From positions 1 through 17,704 of the forward strand of contig JBMFOP010000066.1 in NCBI GenBank assembly GCA_049969675.1: DNA of 17,704 bases. The letters run 5' to 3'. Below are positions 5,870 through 15,298 of the stretch, piece by piece. Position 1 is the stretch's first letter. Each line of letters starts with the position of its first letter. Made by a program: the position numbers and the translations under genes. The notes under the pieces were generated by a model. The model was given only the letters and a program-made list of their open reading frames with translations, ran no database searches and was not told where the DNA came from. Source of the stretch: Myxococcota bacterium. Lineage in GTDB: Bacteria; Myxococcota; SpSt-1050.

Positions 5870-7435
5870 CTAATAGTTTCTTGTAATCCCTATTCCGGTT
5901 GAGATAGAGTAGCTTGATATCTCTCCAATTCCTTCATCAGAACCCAATTGAGGTATTGCATAGGTATAGTGTATAAAGAAATCTATTCGGGTCTCTCTTG
6001 CGATCCAGTATGAAGACCCTGAGGAGAACATCCAGCTGGTTAGAGGATTTGCAGAAAATACAGATATCCCATTTACATTTGTCTCGGGGATAACTCCTTC
6101 ATATTCAGGGAATAGCTGCCTCTTTACTCCATTCTTCTTTAGATATGTGGGAACAAATCTTATTCCACCTCTTAAGGTCAATTTATTTGAGGCAAAATAT
6201 TCGGCGCCCAATGCAAATTCCTGAGTATCTTTAAGATCATTCTCTTTTATGATATCCATATCCATCAATATCCCCGGGACTCCATTCTTAAAGTCAACCT
6301 TCTGATATGTCTGGGACCAGAGGGAGACATAATAATCAAAATATAGTTTCAATCTATCAATAGGCTTTATGGTGATTCCAGTCCCGAATCTCAATGGAAG
6401 CTTTAAGTTAGTTGTAACTTTATCTTCTACATCATAATAAATACCTCTATCATAATCCTGATTGATGTTATCCGTATTAAAATCTTTGAACATAGATAGC
6501 ATCTCTTCATTATATCTATCTATTGGATTCTTTCCACTATCAGGTTCTCCGGTTGTTCTATAGATGTTCCCTTTAGAATCAAGAGTAATTCGGTTGAGTG
6601 GTCCCTGCCTGAATGAATGTATAGTAGAGATTGAGACCTGATTGTAAGGGGTCTTCAATAGGAGTCCGAGTTTGAAGTTTTCATTAAATTTAAAGATTGT
6701 CCCAAAGATAAAGCCAGTCCCAAAGGAGAGTGCCTGATATGGATATTGATTGACTATCAGGTAGTTGTCATCTTGATTTAAGGATGTGAATCTCTTGTAA
6801 TTTGAACCCATAGTCAAGCCTATGTTGAATACAGGTCCCATTCCTATTGCTATGTTCCTGTAGATCTCCATTGAAAATACAAGAGGGAGTCCGAGGGAGA
6901 ATGTGCTTATTAGATATTCTGCATCTATATGAAATCTCTCACCTCCCTTTTCAAAGTCCATACTCTTTGAAAGCCCTCCACCGCCTCCTGTGGTGGAGAT
7001 TAATCCTCCTGAAATTGCAATCTTTCTAATATAATCCCTTGAATCCGAGATATCTCTCTTAAATGAAAAGAATAGGACGGGGGCACTGATTGGTTTTACC
7101 TCATCAGCCTTTGGAATCCTCTCAGGCTCAAGTTTATATTGCGTGAGCATAGTGTCGTGACCGGATGGGAAGAATGGCATTGTATTTTTTGGACCATATT
7201 CAGAGCCAAAGTAGATATATGAAAATTTAAACTCAGCCGAGAGCTTCAGATTCTCCTCCTGAAAGACAAAACCAGCGGGTTGCCAGAAGAGCCCCGAGAC
7301 CTCCCCACCTTCACCAATCCAGCAGTTTGACATACCGTTTGAACGAATACCGATGCCGGTAGATTCTATACCAGACGCAAAAAGTAATATGGGATTGAGT
7401 GTAAAGAAAAGTAATATATGGAGCCTAAATTCCAA
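5870..7435 (-). CDS. OmpP1/FadL-family outer membrane beta-barrel transporter
   Basis: TTG start with AAGGAG RBS overlapping the upstream stop; signal peptide; FadL-like N-terminus (SG....G.RS.GM......E.SGLFWQPAG); amphipathic strands (LKLPLRFGTGITIKP..RLKLYFDY....WS; ALGAEY...KLTLRGG); terminal aromatic residue (GIGITRNY). Confidence 0.8.
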   Translation of the reverse strand: MEFRLHILLFFTLNPILLFASGIESTGIGIRSNGMSNCWIGEGGEVSGLFWQPAGFVFQEENLKLSAEFKFSYIYFGSEYGPKNTMPFFPSGHDTMLTQYKLEPERIPKADEVKPISAPVLFFSFKRDISDSRDYIRKIAISGGLISTTGGGGGLSKSMDFEKGGERFHIDAEYLISTFSLGLPLVFSMEIYRNIAIGMGPVFNIGLTMGSNYKRFTSLNQDDNYLIVNQYPYQALSFGTGFIFGTIFKFNENFKLGLLLKTPYNQVSISTIHSFRQGPLNRITLDSKGNIYRTTGEPDSGKNPIDRYNEEMLSMFKDFNTDNINQDYDRGIYYDVEDKVTTNLKLPLRFGTGITIKPIDRLKLYFDYYVSLWSQTYQKVDFKNGVPGILMDMDIIKENDLKDTQEFALGAEYFASNKLTLRGGIRFVPTYLKKNGVKRQLFPEYEGVIPETNVNGISVFSANPLTSWMFSSGSSYWIARETRIDFFIHYTYAIPQLGSDEGIGEISSYSISTGIGITRNY

Positions 7436-7441
7436 CCTAAA

Positions 7442-7954
7442 TTACTCCTTTTGATACAGTTTCAGATGAATCTCAATATCTTTTATATCCTGTGTGAGCT
7501 TTATAGGAGTCTTCCCGTAATCACCGTAGTAGTCAACTCCTTCCTTTGGAATAGGTATGGCTGCCCCATCCATTTTGAGCACTGCCATTATATAGACTTC
7601 GGTATCTTTCTCAAGATTAGTAAATCTAAATCCAAAGGGAAATTTCTTTGGCTTGATAGTAAAGTAACAGCTCGGCATCCCCGGAGGTGGCTTTGTTGTT
7701 ATTGCAACGCTCAATCTCGCCGTATCTAAAATTTGACCATCGTAGTATATCATCCCCTCTGCCATAACTACATTCTCGGTGATCTCTGTGCAACTGTATT
7801 CATAGTATTTCTGATTTTCAGAGGTGTCAGAGGTAGTAATATCTGCTGATGAATCCTTCTCCCAGTTTGTATGTATATCCCACAGGCTTAAATCTGCCTG
7901 GCTAAAACAACCTGTAATAACAAATGCTATAAAAATTAAAAGATAATGTTTCAT
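7442..7954 (-). CDS. Lipoprotein with YbaY/YscW-pilotin- or CcmI-C-terminal-like beta-sandwich domain
   Basis: Lipobox ITGC (Cys16); acidic/Ser-Thr linker; then EG.IYY.G....A.L.V...PPPGMP......KFPFGF......YI.A.L..DG...P..G.DY.G....PIKL....IEI.L. Domain call is by pattern only. Confidence 0.75.
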   Translation of the reverse strand: MKHYLLIFIAFVITGCFSQADLSLWDIHTNWEKDSSADITTSDTSENQKYYEYSCTEITENVVMAEGMIYYDGQILDTARLSVAITTKPPPGMPSCYFTIKPKKFPFGFRFTNLEKDTEVYIMAVLKMDGAAIPIPKEGVDYYGDYGKTPIKLTQDIKDIEIHLKLYQKE

Positions 7955-7962
7955 AATGGGTT

Positions 7963-7993
7963 ATGCTAAACATTAATTTTGCAACTATGTCAA
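7963..7993 (-). promoter_or_regulatory. Putative sigma70 promoter of the lipoprotein-fadL pair
   Basis: TTGACA (7993-7988)-N19-TAGCAT (7968-7963)-N8-ATG; no SD; spacer longer than optimal. Confidence 0.35.
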
Positions 7994-8066
7994 TAAAAAT
8001 TGAGTTAAACACTTAATTGCCTCCTCATTTATATTATTGATTTTTGCACCGGTCCTCAGCGTTAGA

Positions 8067-8084
8067 AAGTGATACGGGTCACTT
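8067..8084. promoter_or_regulatory. CRP/FNR-family-like operator palindrome
   Basis: Perfect inverted repeat AAGTGA-TACGGG-TCACTT (GTGA-N6-TCAC core) in the 182-bp divergent intergenic region. Confidence 0.55.
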
Positions 8085-8136
8085 GTAAAAATTATAACTT
8101 TATGTAATAATACTTTTAATTTGAAGGAGGTAACTT

Positions 8137-11100
8137 ATGAGAGGTGTCAATCTTTGTGTGTTGGGCCTATTGGTTTTATTCCTAACTCTATCCTGTTCTA
8201 CAACTATTGATTCTACAAACCCGTTTGACCCGGAGGCGCCGGCGACTCTTAAAATGAAGGGCGAGATAAAGGGGAAGATAAGTCCAGAAGAACCATCTGA
8301 CCTTGAAAATTATCAATTTACCGTGAGCCTTAAGAATACATCATATAATGCCGCAGTGGAGAGAGATGGCTTATTTGTGATCAAGGATATCCCATCTGGT
8401 ACTTATAGCCTGCGTATATTTTCAAGTAGAAATGCATATAAAGATGTAGAAGAGGGACCTTATGAGATAGGTATAGGGAGTAAATTGGATATCGGAATTA
8501 TAAACATCCCGTTAAAGAAGGGTCGTCTGAGAGGGTTTGTTACTGCACAGAATAGATATTCTCAAAAGAGTGTTGGTGTAAGCGGTGTAAATGTCTTTTT
8601 GCTTGGTGGGATGTCAACCAGGAAAGAGGGTATAGTTATGCTTACGCAGGGGGATAGTTGTAATGATGATAGGGTGAAAAAAAGTTTTTATAGTACAACG
8701 AGTAGCGGAGATGGTTCATTCTATTTTCAAGATGTAGTTGTGGGAACATATAGAGTAAATCCTGTTGATAGTCTTCTTGGAATTGGCTACTCTTCGGAGG
8801 TTGAGGTAAAGGAGAATAATGAGACCGATGTAGGGGAGGTAAGACTTGCCGGACCCTCTGCCATCCTGCATATTGAAGATCCAGATATTACCAATCAGGT
8901 AATCAATGTAACAAACAAAAATACTGTCAGGGCGGTGTATATGACCGGTGATTTTGTAAATGCTGTAAAACTCTCTCTTGACGGAGATGTAAATACTGAA
9001 GAATATAAACTTATAGACCAGCAGGCAGGTTCAGAGCTGATTACAGTGCCAGATGTGGATGGAGAGCATATTTTAAGGATGCGATTCAGGGATATTTTTT
9101 GCAGAGAGAGTCCGGTCTATGAGACCGTGTTTTATTATGATAGCATAAGTCCCATCCTCAAATCCTTAAATATATTTGACCTCAATGATGGATATATTAA
9201 CAAATCAAATGTCAGAATTGGTGTTGAAGTGGAAGATAATTATCACAACTTTATAGGTGATTATTCAACCCTGAAGATGAGATATGCTATAATTTCCTCT
9301 GATGAGATTACCGGGGAGATCACTCAGGAGAAGTTACTCGCTTACCTGAATAACAGGGTCAATTATGGTATCTTTTCTGCTGAATTTACAGCAGATATAA
9401 CAGGTGGAGATGGTGAGAAGATATTCGTCGTGCAATTTAAAGACCTGTCGGGGAATGAGAGTGAAGTGTATTTTAAAGAGTTCTTTTATGATACAACAGC
9501 CCCATTGTTTAATGTGGAGATCCTCAATTCTGTAAGAATTGGACAGGATGATTTTGTAAATAATCCTTTTGTAAATTTTGTGATAAAACCAAAAGATATA
9601 AATGAAATTGCATATATGAAGATATTTAAGGAGAGTGAATCTGAGCCAGCAAATTGGGAAATTTTTAGTGAGAGTAATACACTGATACTTACAAGGGAAG
9701 ATGGGAAGAAATCTTTTAGTGTAAGATTGAGGGATAAGGCAGGGAATGAGAGTGAGTTAATTAAAAAGGAACTCTATCTGGACTCAACACCTCCAGTTGT
9801 AATGAAGATAATCTTAAATAATGGTGATGAGTTTATCAATGACGAGAATATTAATATTGATTTATCTGTTGAGGGTGCGAGCGAGATGATGATTTCGGAG
9901 GATAGCAAATTTTCAAATTCAAATTGGGAGCCCTATGTAAGTTCAAAGGTATTTAGTATTGTCAAAAGTGAAGGTGCTCATACAATCTATTTTAAGTTTA
10001 GGGATTCAGTTGGAAACATCATCGGTGATACAGTCCCAATCTATAGAAGTATTATTCTGGATAAGACCCCACCAGATAAACCTTTTGATATTTATGTAAA
10101 TGGGAAACTTTTTAGTGCAACGGAGACAATATTTACCAATTCTGCTGCAATAACATTAAACTGGAGTATGACCGATTATTCTGATGTGGAGAAATATTTT
10201 ATTAGCATAAAAAAGGAAAATACTGAAATCCTGAATCTCATCACCTCAATAAATCAGATTACGATCCCATCGCTTTCAGATGGAACATATACTGCATATA
10301 TCCATGCAGTAGATAAGGCTAAAAATATTGGAGAGAACTCTGAAAATATTTTATTTGAGGTGGACACAGTCTCACCTATAATGCCGGGGATTGTGCAGCC
10401 GCCATTCTCAAAGGCAAATCTTGAAGAGAAGTATTGTAATAATAATGCAAGTTATCTTGAGGTCTCTATATCTGTTAAGGCTGATGATAAAAATATTGAT
10501 AGATATGAATTAATGGGCGGTATGGATATCAACACCTGTCATCCAATAAGTGATTTTATTGATGCATCTAATTATCTGATTCTGGATAATGAAGGAGATC
10601 CGGTTAAATTAAAAGTATATCCTATTAAGGATTCTACAAATAATATTCAATTACGTGCGCGGGATAAGGCCGGGAATATCAGTAATACAGCATTTATTTA
10701 TTTTACAGAGGATTCAACTCCTCCGGATAAGGTAAGTTCCCTTATGGGGATGAATGCTGATTCATCTGTCCTGATAAGATGGAACCCCCCTGTGTACAAC
10801 AATTCTGATATTGCAGGTTATAAGATTTATTACGGCTTTGGTTCATCTATGGATCAACTGAATGGAGATTTTTCAGATAGAGGGGATTCTCCAATAAATG
10901 CTGGATTGCCCTGCAATATGGAAAACAATGAATTGATATGTTCATTCTGGTTGACCGGAATCCCCAATAATACACCGTTTTATGTAAATGTATCCGCCTA
11001 TGACAATACTCAATATCCACAGCCACTTGAAGGGGCAATATATGATAATTCAGTGCGGTTGATGTCTGGAGAGTTATCACCTGATGAAGTAAAAGAGATT

Positions 11101-13062
11101 ACCTTGAATGATATAGGTGCAGAGCCGGGTTCTATGTTTTATGGAATGGATGAAAGAGATGGTATTCTCTACTTTACAACAGGAAATCCCTCAGGTTTCG
11201 GAGGTGTATATGCCTTGGATATTTCCCATCCCAATAAGCCAGAGTTAATTAGGTCGAAGAATTTAAAAGAATTTAAGGATATGTTTGGAATAAAGGTATA
11301 TGGAAATTATGGGTTTATCCCGGGTGGAGAGGCTGGAGTATATATAATCAGGCTCTCTGATTTTAATGTGGTTTCAAATGTAAGATTTAAAAAAGGAGAA
11401 AGGGCTGTAACCCTTGATATTAAAGATAAGTATCTCTTTGTAGGGACCAATACGGAAGGTGTTGCAGATGGAAGTCATCTATATATCCTTGATATCTCCA
11501 ATCCGGAAAATCCACAAATATTATATGAATATAGGTCTTCTCTTCCTGGATTTGGTAAGATTTCGGATATAAAGGTGCAGGGGAATATATTATATCTACT
11601 TGATCAATCTCAATATATGATTACCCTTGATATAAGCAATATAAATTCTCCATCCGAAGTAAATCTCTATGATAAAAATACTATCTTCTTAAATGGTCTA
11701 AATCTACTTCTGTCTGGAAAGAGAATGTATTTATTGAATTATGGTGAGAGAGAGATTCGGTTCCTAAGGTATAATAGCAACAGCACTAAATATGAAATTA
11801 TTGGGAGTATGGCACTTTCTGGGTATGGACTTGATATGGATGTAAATGGGCATTATATATATGTTAACACAATGAATGGTGTGAATATCTTTAAGAAGCA
11901 ATATGGTGATATTCCATTATCTTCAATATATGCAATCAAATTGGATAATAAATACTCTTATGTCACTTCACCTTATTTGAGGAAACCGATGAAAAGTATA
12001 CTTGCAAGAGGAAATATGCTGTTCGTTACTTATAATGGGGACAATGGGAGAGGCATTAAAATATATAATCTCTCAGTTCCAAGAAGTCCAAAGAGTTTGG
12101 ATTCAACGGGCTTAAGTATCGGAGGCGGATTTGATGTGGCGTTGTTCAAAGATTATATTTTATTTGCAAATTATTCTTACAAATTCATTATGGCAGAACT
12201 ATTTGCAAATCATACACCAGAAAGAGAATATATAAATACCTCTAACTTCTTCCCAGAAAAGATTTTCAACAAAGAGGGTATTATATCTGCAAAAGGCTAT
12301 GACAAAAGTGATGATAAATCAAAAATCTATATTTACAAACCTTCATTCAATGGCATTACAGAGGAACTTATTTATTCTACTGAAACAAATGAAAGGATCA
12401 TAGATGCGGCATTTAGCTGGCCCTATCTGTATATAGGAGTGGATAAAGAGCATTCTGGGGAGAAGTATGTTATAGATGAGATTCGCATATTAGATTTGAG
12501 AGATAAGACTATAAAGAATGTTATCTCTTCAATAGATACCACCAATTGGCCATATTATGTGAAATCTAATTCGCTACTTTTAATTGTAGGAGATACTTTA
12601 TTTTTTAATAATATTGGGTTTGGCATCATACAATATGATATTACAGATAGGGTAAATCCAGTTCAAAAATATATTTACTACGCCCGCCTCGCATATGAAA
12701 AGATGAGTTATTTATCTATTGATGGGCTCTCTTCTTATATATATATAACAGGCTCTTCTTTAATGAAAAATCCAGATAGGTTTATGAAAAAATTTAGATT
12801 TTCAAGGGGAAGATTGGATTATGTTGGAGAGATGAATATTGAGAGTAATTTTAATAAACTCATCTTCTCTGGAGGATATATATTTGCTGGTTCTGATACA
12901 GGGGATGTATATATATTTGATGACAACCAGAATTTGTCAACTCCAGGATCATTCTCAATATATTCATCAAATTCAAATATTAAAAGTAGCATTGCTCTCA
13001 GCGGGAATATCCTCTATTCCACAATTTATATGGGGAATACTTTCATTGTCAAGTTAGAATAG
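8137..13062 (+). CDS. Giant surface lipoprotein: carboxypeptidase-regulatory-like domains, Ig-like repeats, FN3, LVIVD beta-propeller region
   Basis: 1641 aa; AAGGAGG RBS; lipobox TLSC (Cys20); NPFDP motif; DG.F.I.DIP.GTY and DGSFYF.DV..GTY domains; six D..GN.S...D.T.P-type repeats; FN3 (V.IRWNPP....DIAGYKIYYG); LVIVD-type repeats (VYALDISHPNKP, LYILDISNPENP, MITLDISNINSP, IIQYDITDRVNP). Confidence 0.9.
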   Translation: MRGVNLCVLGLLVLFLTLSCSTTIDSTNPFDPEAPATLKMKGEIKGKISPEEPSDLENYQFTVSLKNTSYNAAVERDGLFVIKDIPSGTYSLRIFSSRNAYKDVEEGPYEIGIGSKLDIGIINIPLKKGRLRGFVTAQNRYSQKSVGVSGVNVFLLGGMSTRKEGIVMLTQGDSCNDDRVKKSFYSTTSSGDGSFYFQDVVVGTYRVNPVDSLLGIGYSSEVEVKENNETDVGEVRLAGPSAILHIEDPDITNQVINVTNKNTVRAVYMTGDFVNAVKLSLDGDVNTEEYKLIDQQAGSELITVPDVDGEHILRMRFRDIFCRESPVYETVFYYDSISPILKSLNIFDLNDGYINKSNVRIGVEVEDNYHNFIGDYSTLKMRYAIISSDEITGEITQEKLLAYLNNRVNYGIFSAEFTADITGGDGEKIFVVQFKDLSGNESEVYFKEFFYDTTAPLFNVEILNSVRIGQDDFVNNPFVNFVIKPKDINEIAYMKIFKESESEPANWEIFSESNTLILTREDGKKSFSVRLRDKAGNESELIKKELYLDSTPPVVMKIILNNGDEFINDENINIDLSVEGASEMMISEDSKFSNSNWEPYVSSKVFSIVKSEGAHTIYFKFRDSVGNIIGDTVPIYRSIILDKTPPDKPFDIYVNGKLFSATETIFTNSAAITLNWSMTDYSDVEKYFISIKKENTEILNLITSINQITIPSLSDGTYTAYIHAVDKAKNIGENSENILFEVDTVSPIMPGIVQPPFSKANLEEKYCNNNASYLEVSISVKADDKNIDRYELMGGMDINTCHPISDFIDASNYLILDNEGDPVKLKVYPIKDSTNNIQLRARDKAGNISNTAFIYFTEDSTPPDKVSSLMGMNADSSVLIRWNPPVYNNSDIAGYKIYYGFGSSMDQLNGDFSDRGDSPINAGLPCNMENNELICSFWLTGIPNNTPFYVNVSAYDNTQYPQPLEGAIYDNSVRLMSGELSPDEVKEITLNDIGAEPGSMFYGMDERDGILYFTTGNPSGFGGVYALDISHPNKPELIRSKNLKEFKDMFGIKVYGNYGFIPGGEAGVYIIRLSDFNVVSNVRFKKGERAVTLDIKDKYLFVGTNTEGVADGSHLYILDISNPENPQILYEYRSSLPGFGKISDIKVQGNILYLLDQSQYMITLDISNINSPSEVNLYDKNTIFLNGLNLLLSGKRMYLLNYGEREIRFLRYNSNSTKYEIIGSMALSGYGLDMDVNGHYIYVNTMNGVNIFKKQYGDIPLSSIYAIKLDNKYSYVTSPYLRKPMKSILARGNMLFVTYNGDNGRGIKIYNLSVPRSPKSLDSTGLSIGGGFDVALFKDYILFANYSYKFIMAELFANHTPEREYINTSNFFPEKIFNKEGIISAKGYDKSDDKSKIYIYKPSFNGITEELIYSTETNERIIDAAFSWPYLYIGVDKEHSGEKYVIDEIRILDLRDKTIKNVISSIDTTNWPYYVKSNSLLLIVGDTLFFNNIGFGIIQYDITDRVNPVQKYIYYARLAYEKMSYLSIDGLSSYIYITGSSLMKNPDRFMKKFRFSRGRLDYVGEMNIESNFNKLIFSGGYIFAGSDTGDVYIFDDNQNLSTPGSFSIYSSNSNIKSSIALSGNILYSTIYMGNTFIVKLE
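9085..10725 (+). repeat. Six diverged Ig-like (Big-type) repeats within the giant lipoprotein
   Basis: FRDIFCRES..DSISP; FKDLSGNES..DTTAP; LRDKAGNES..DSTPP; FRDSVGNI..DKTPP; AVDKAKNI..DTVSP; ARDKAGNIS..DSTPP. Residual DNA identity, e.g. GGGATAAGGCnGGGAAT at 9731 and 10661. Confidence 0.8.
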
Positions 13063-13141
13063 TCTTACTTTCTTAAAAGGGCTGGGTTTTATTTGACTCA
13101 CTTAATTTTATGTCTTATTAAGACTCTGAAGGGAGAGGGCT

Positions 13142-13414
13142 ATGAAGAAGTATATTTTTATTATTTTTTTAATTTTTGCCTGCTCTCAAAGGGAGATGGA
13201 TGTGAATATTGTGAATGATTCCTGCGAATTTCTCCAGAATCAGAGAGAATATAAAATTAGATGCAGGAATTCAGAGTTCTCTATCTCAAAAGATGATGTC
13301 TCTATCTCCATTTCAAGGGATGGCTCTGTTATATGGCAGACCTTCTCCTATATGTCTGACAACGAATTTAGCCCATTTTCATTCAAAACAGGAGATGGAT
13401 ATATATGTGTATAA
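13142..13414 (+). CDS. Small putative lipoprotein, possibly truncated
   Basis: 90 aa; purine-rich RBS (GGGAGAGGG); signal MKKYIFIIFLIFAC (Cys14); beta-rich mature part. Confidence 0.65.
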   Translation: MKKYIFIIFLIFACSQREMDVNIVNDSCEFLQNQREYKIRCRNSEFSISKDDVSISISRDGSVIWQTFSYMSDNEFSPFSFKTGDGYICV

Positions 13415-13486
13415 AAATTAGTGAGCAGGTGGGCAATTACTATTTCTAAAAGAGATTACGAATCTAAAGATATGATGAAATGACTC

Positions 13487-15298
13487 CTATTTCCCTCTTT
13501 TTAGATAGATGAGAAGCATACTTATAGCGCCCGGGGTGATGCCCGGTATTCTCAACGCCTCTTCAATTGTTTTGGGCTTAAACCTGGACAGCTTCTCTCC
13601 TACCTCTCTTGAGATGCCGGGAATCTCTGAGAAGTTCAGTTCTTCGGGCAATCTTATTCGTGAGAGCTCTTTGATCTTCTCTATCTCCTTCTTTTCGCGC
13701 TCCAGATAGCCTTCAAATTTGATTATAGTTTCAATTTCATTTTTGATATTTGAAATTATTTTAAGATTCTCTTCACTAAAATACAGAAGAATATTATCAA
13801 TTTTTACCTCTGGCCTCTTAAGAAATATTGATGCCTTTATCTTTTCGCCGTTGTTCTCAATCCTTAAATCGTTCAAATATACCAGAATCCTCTCAATATC
13901 ATTCTTCTTCTTCAAAAAGTTTTTATATCTCTCCTCTTTGATAAGTCCTATCTCCCAACCGAGTGGAGTAAGTCTCATATCAGCATTGTCCTCCCGCAGG
14001 TGCAATCTGAACTCTGCTCTGGAAGTAAACATCCTGTATGGCTCATCCACACCCTTTGTTACAAGGTCGTCAATCAAAATACCTATATATGCATCAGTGC
14101 GGCTAATTACCACGGGCTCTTTATTCTTTACTACCCTTGCGGCATTGATGCCGGCGATAATCCCCTGTGCAGCTGCCTCTTCATAGCCGGAGGTTCCATT
14201 TATCTGTCCTGCCATAAATAGATTCTTTATCTTCTTAGACATCAAGGTGGGATAGAGCTCCCTGGGGTCAAAGAAGTCATATTCAATCCCATATCCCGGC
14301 CTTATTATGTAAGCCTCTTCAAGACCGGTGATGGAATGCACAATCTCAACCTGAACATCAAATGGAAGAGATGTGGATATTCCGTTCGGATAATATTCTT
14401 TTGAATTTAATCCAGTCGGTTCAATAAATATCTGGTGTCTGTTGTGATGAGCAAATTTTACCACCTTGTCTTCAATGGAGGGGCAGTATCTCGGCCCAAT
14501 AGATTTTATCTTTCCAGTATAGAGAGGAGACCTGTCCAGATTTTTTCTGATAATCTCGTGAGTCTTTTCATTGGTATAAGTTATATAGCATGGTCTCTGC
14601 TCAAGAGGTGGTTTTATATTCTCAAATGAGAATGTAGGGGGGGCATTATCACTGAACTGTCTTTCAAGTATATCAAAATTGATTGTATCGCCATTTATAC
14701 GAGGGCAGGTTCCGGTCTTTAGTCTCTTAATTGTAAGACCATACTTTTTCAGGTTCTCAGAGAGTGAGGAATTAGGTTCTCCGAGTCTTCCCCCCGGATG
14801 ATGATTGAGCCCGATATGTATTAAGCCATTTAAGAATGTCCCATTTGTAAGAATGACTGCCTTTGAATATATCCTTCCAGATGACTTCGTTATTACACCC
14901 CGTACTGATTCAGAATCAACTATAATATCAACAACCTCATCCATAAATACAGAGAGATTTTCAGTATTCATCACTACCGATTTCATATACTCCTTATACC
15001 GGTACATATCTGATTGCGCCCTTGTAGCCCTTGCAGCAGGTCCTTTGGATGTATTGAGTCTTCTAAATTGAATTCCGGTGAAATCGGCTGCTCTTCCCAT
15101 CTCCCCACCAAGGGCATCAATCTCTCTGACGAGATGTCCTTTTGCCAGTCCCCCAATAGCCGGATTACAGGACATCTGTCCAATTGTATCAACATTGAGG
15201 GTAATTATACAACTTCTCAACCCGAGGCGAGCGGAGGCAAGGGCTGCCTCAATCCCGGCGTGTCCAGCACCAACAACAATTATCTCAAAATCTTCCAT
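13487..15298 (-). CDS. mnmG: tRNA uridine-5-carboxymethylaminomethyl(34) synthesis enzyme MnmG (GidA)
   Basis: VVGAGHAGIEAA FAD motif, MSCNPAIGGLAKGHLVREIDALGG, GPRYCPSIEDK, AGQINGTSGYEEAAAQG, EPYRMFTSRAEFRL.LREDNAD.RL. Confidence 0.99.
   Translation of the reverse strand: MEDFEIIVVGAGHAGIEAALASARLGLRSCIITLNVDTIGQMSCNPAIGGLAKGHLVREIDALGGEMGRAADFTGIQFRRLNTSKGPAARATRAQSDMYRYKEYMKSVVMNTENLSVFMDEVVDIIVDSESVRGVITKSSGRIYSKAVILTNGTFLNGLIHIGLNHHPGGRLGEPNSSLSENLKKYGLTIKRLKTGTCPRINGDTINFDILERQFSDNAPPTFSFENIKPPLEQRPCYITYTNEKTHEIIRKNLDRSPLYTGKIKSIGPRYCPSIEDKVVKFAHHNRHQIFIEPTGLNSKEYYPNGISTSLPFDVQVEIVHSITGLEEAYIIRPGYGIEYDFFDPRELYPTLMSKKIKNLFMAGQINGTSGYEEAAAQGIIAGINAARVVKNKEPVVISRTDAYIGILIDDLVTKGVDEPYRMFTSRAEFRLHLREDNADMRLTPLGWEIGLIKEERYKNFLKKKNDIERILVYLNDLRIENNGEKIKASIFLKRPEVKIDNILLYFSEENLKIISNIKNEIETIIKFEGYLEREKKEIEKIKELSRIRLPEELNFSEIPGISREVGEKLSRFKPKTIEEALRIPGITPGAISMLLIYLKRGK

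Noticed and set aside
9451..10677. Short DNA repeats (GGGAATGAGAGTGA, GGGATAAGGC) as CRISPR or DGR repeats
   Set aside because: Irregularly spaced, in frame, and encoding the D.AGN.S Ig motif; no cas or reverse transcriptase gene and no adenine-specific mismatch pattern.
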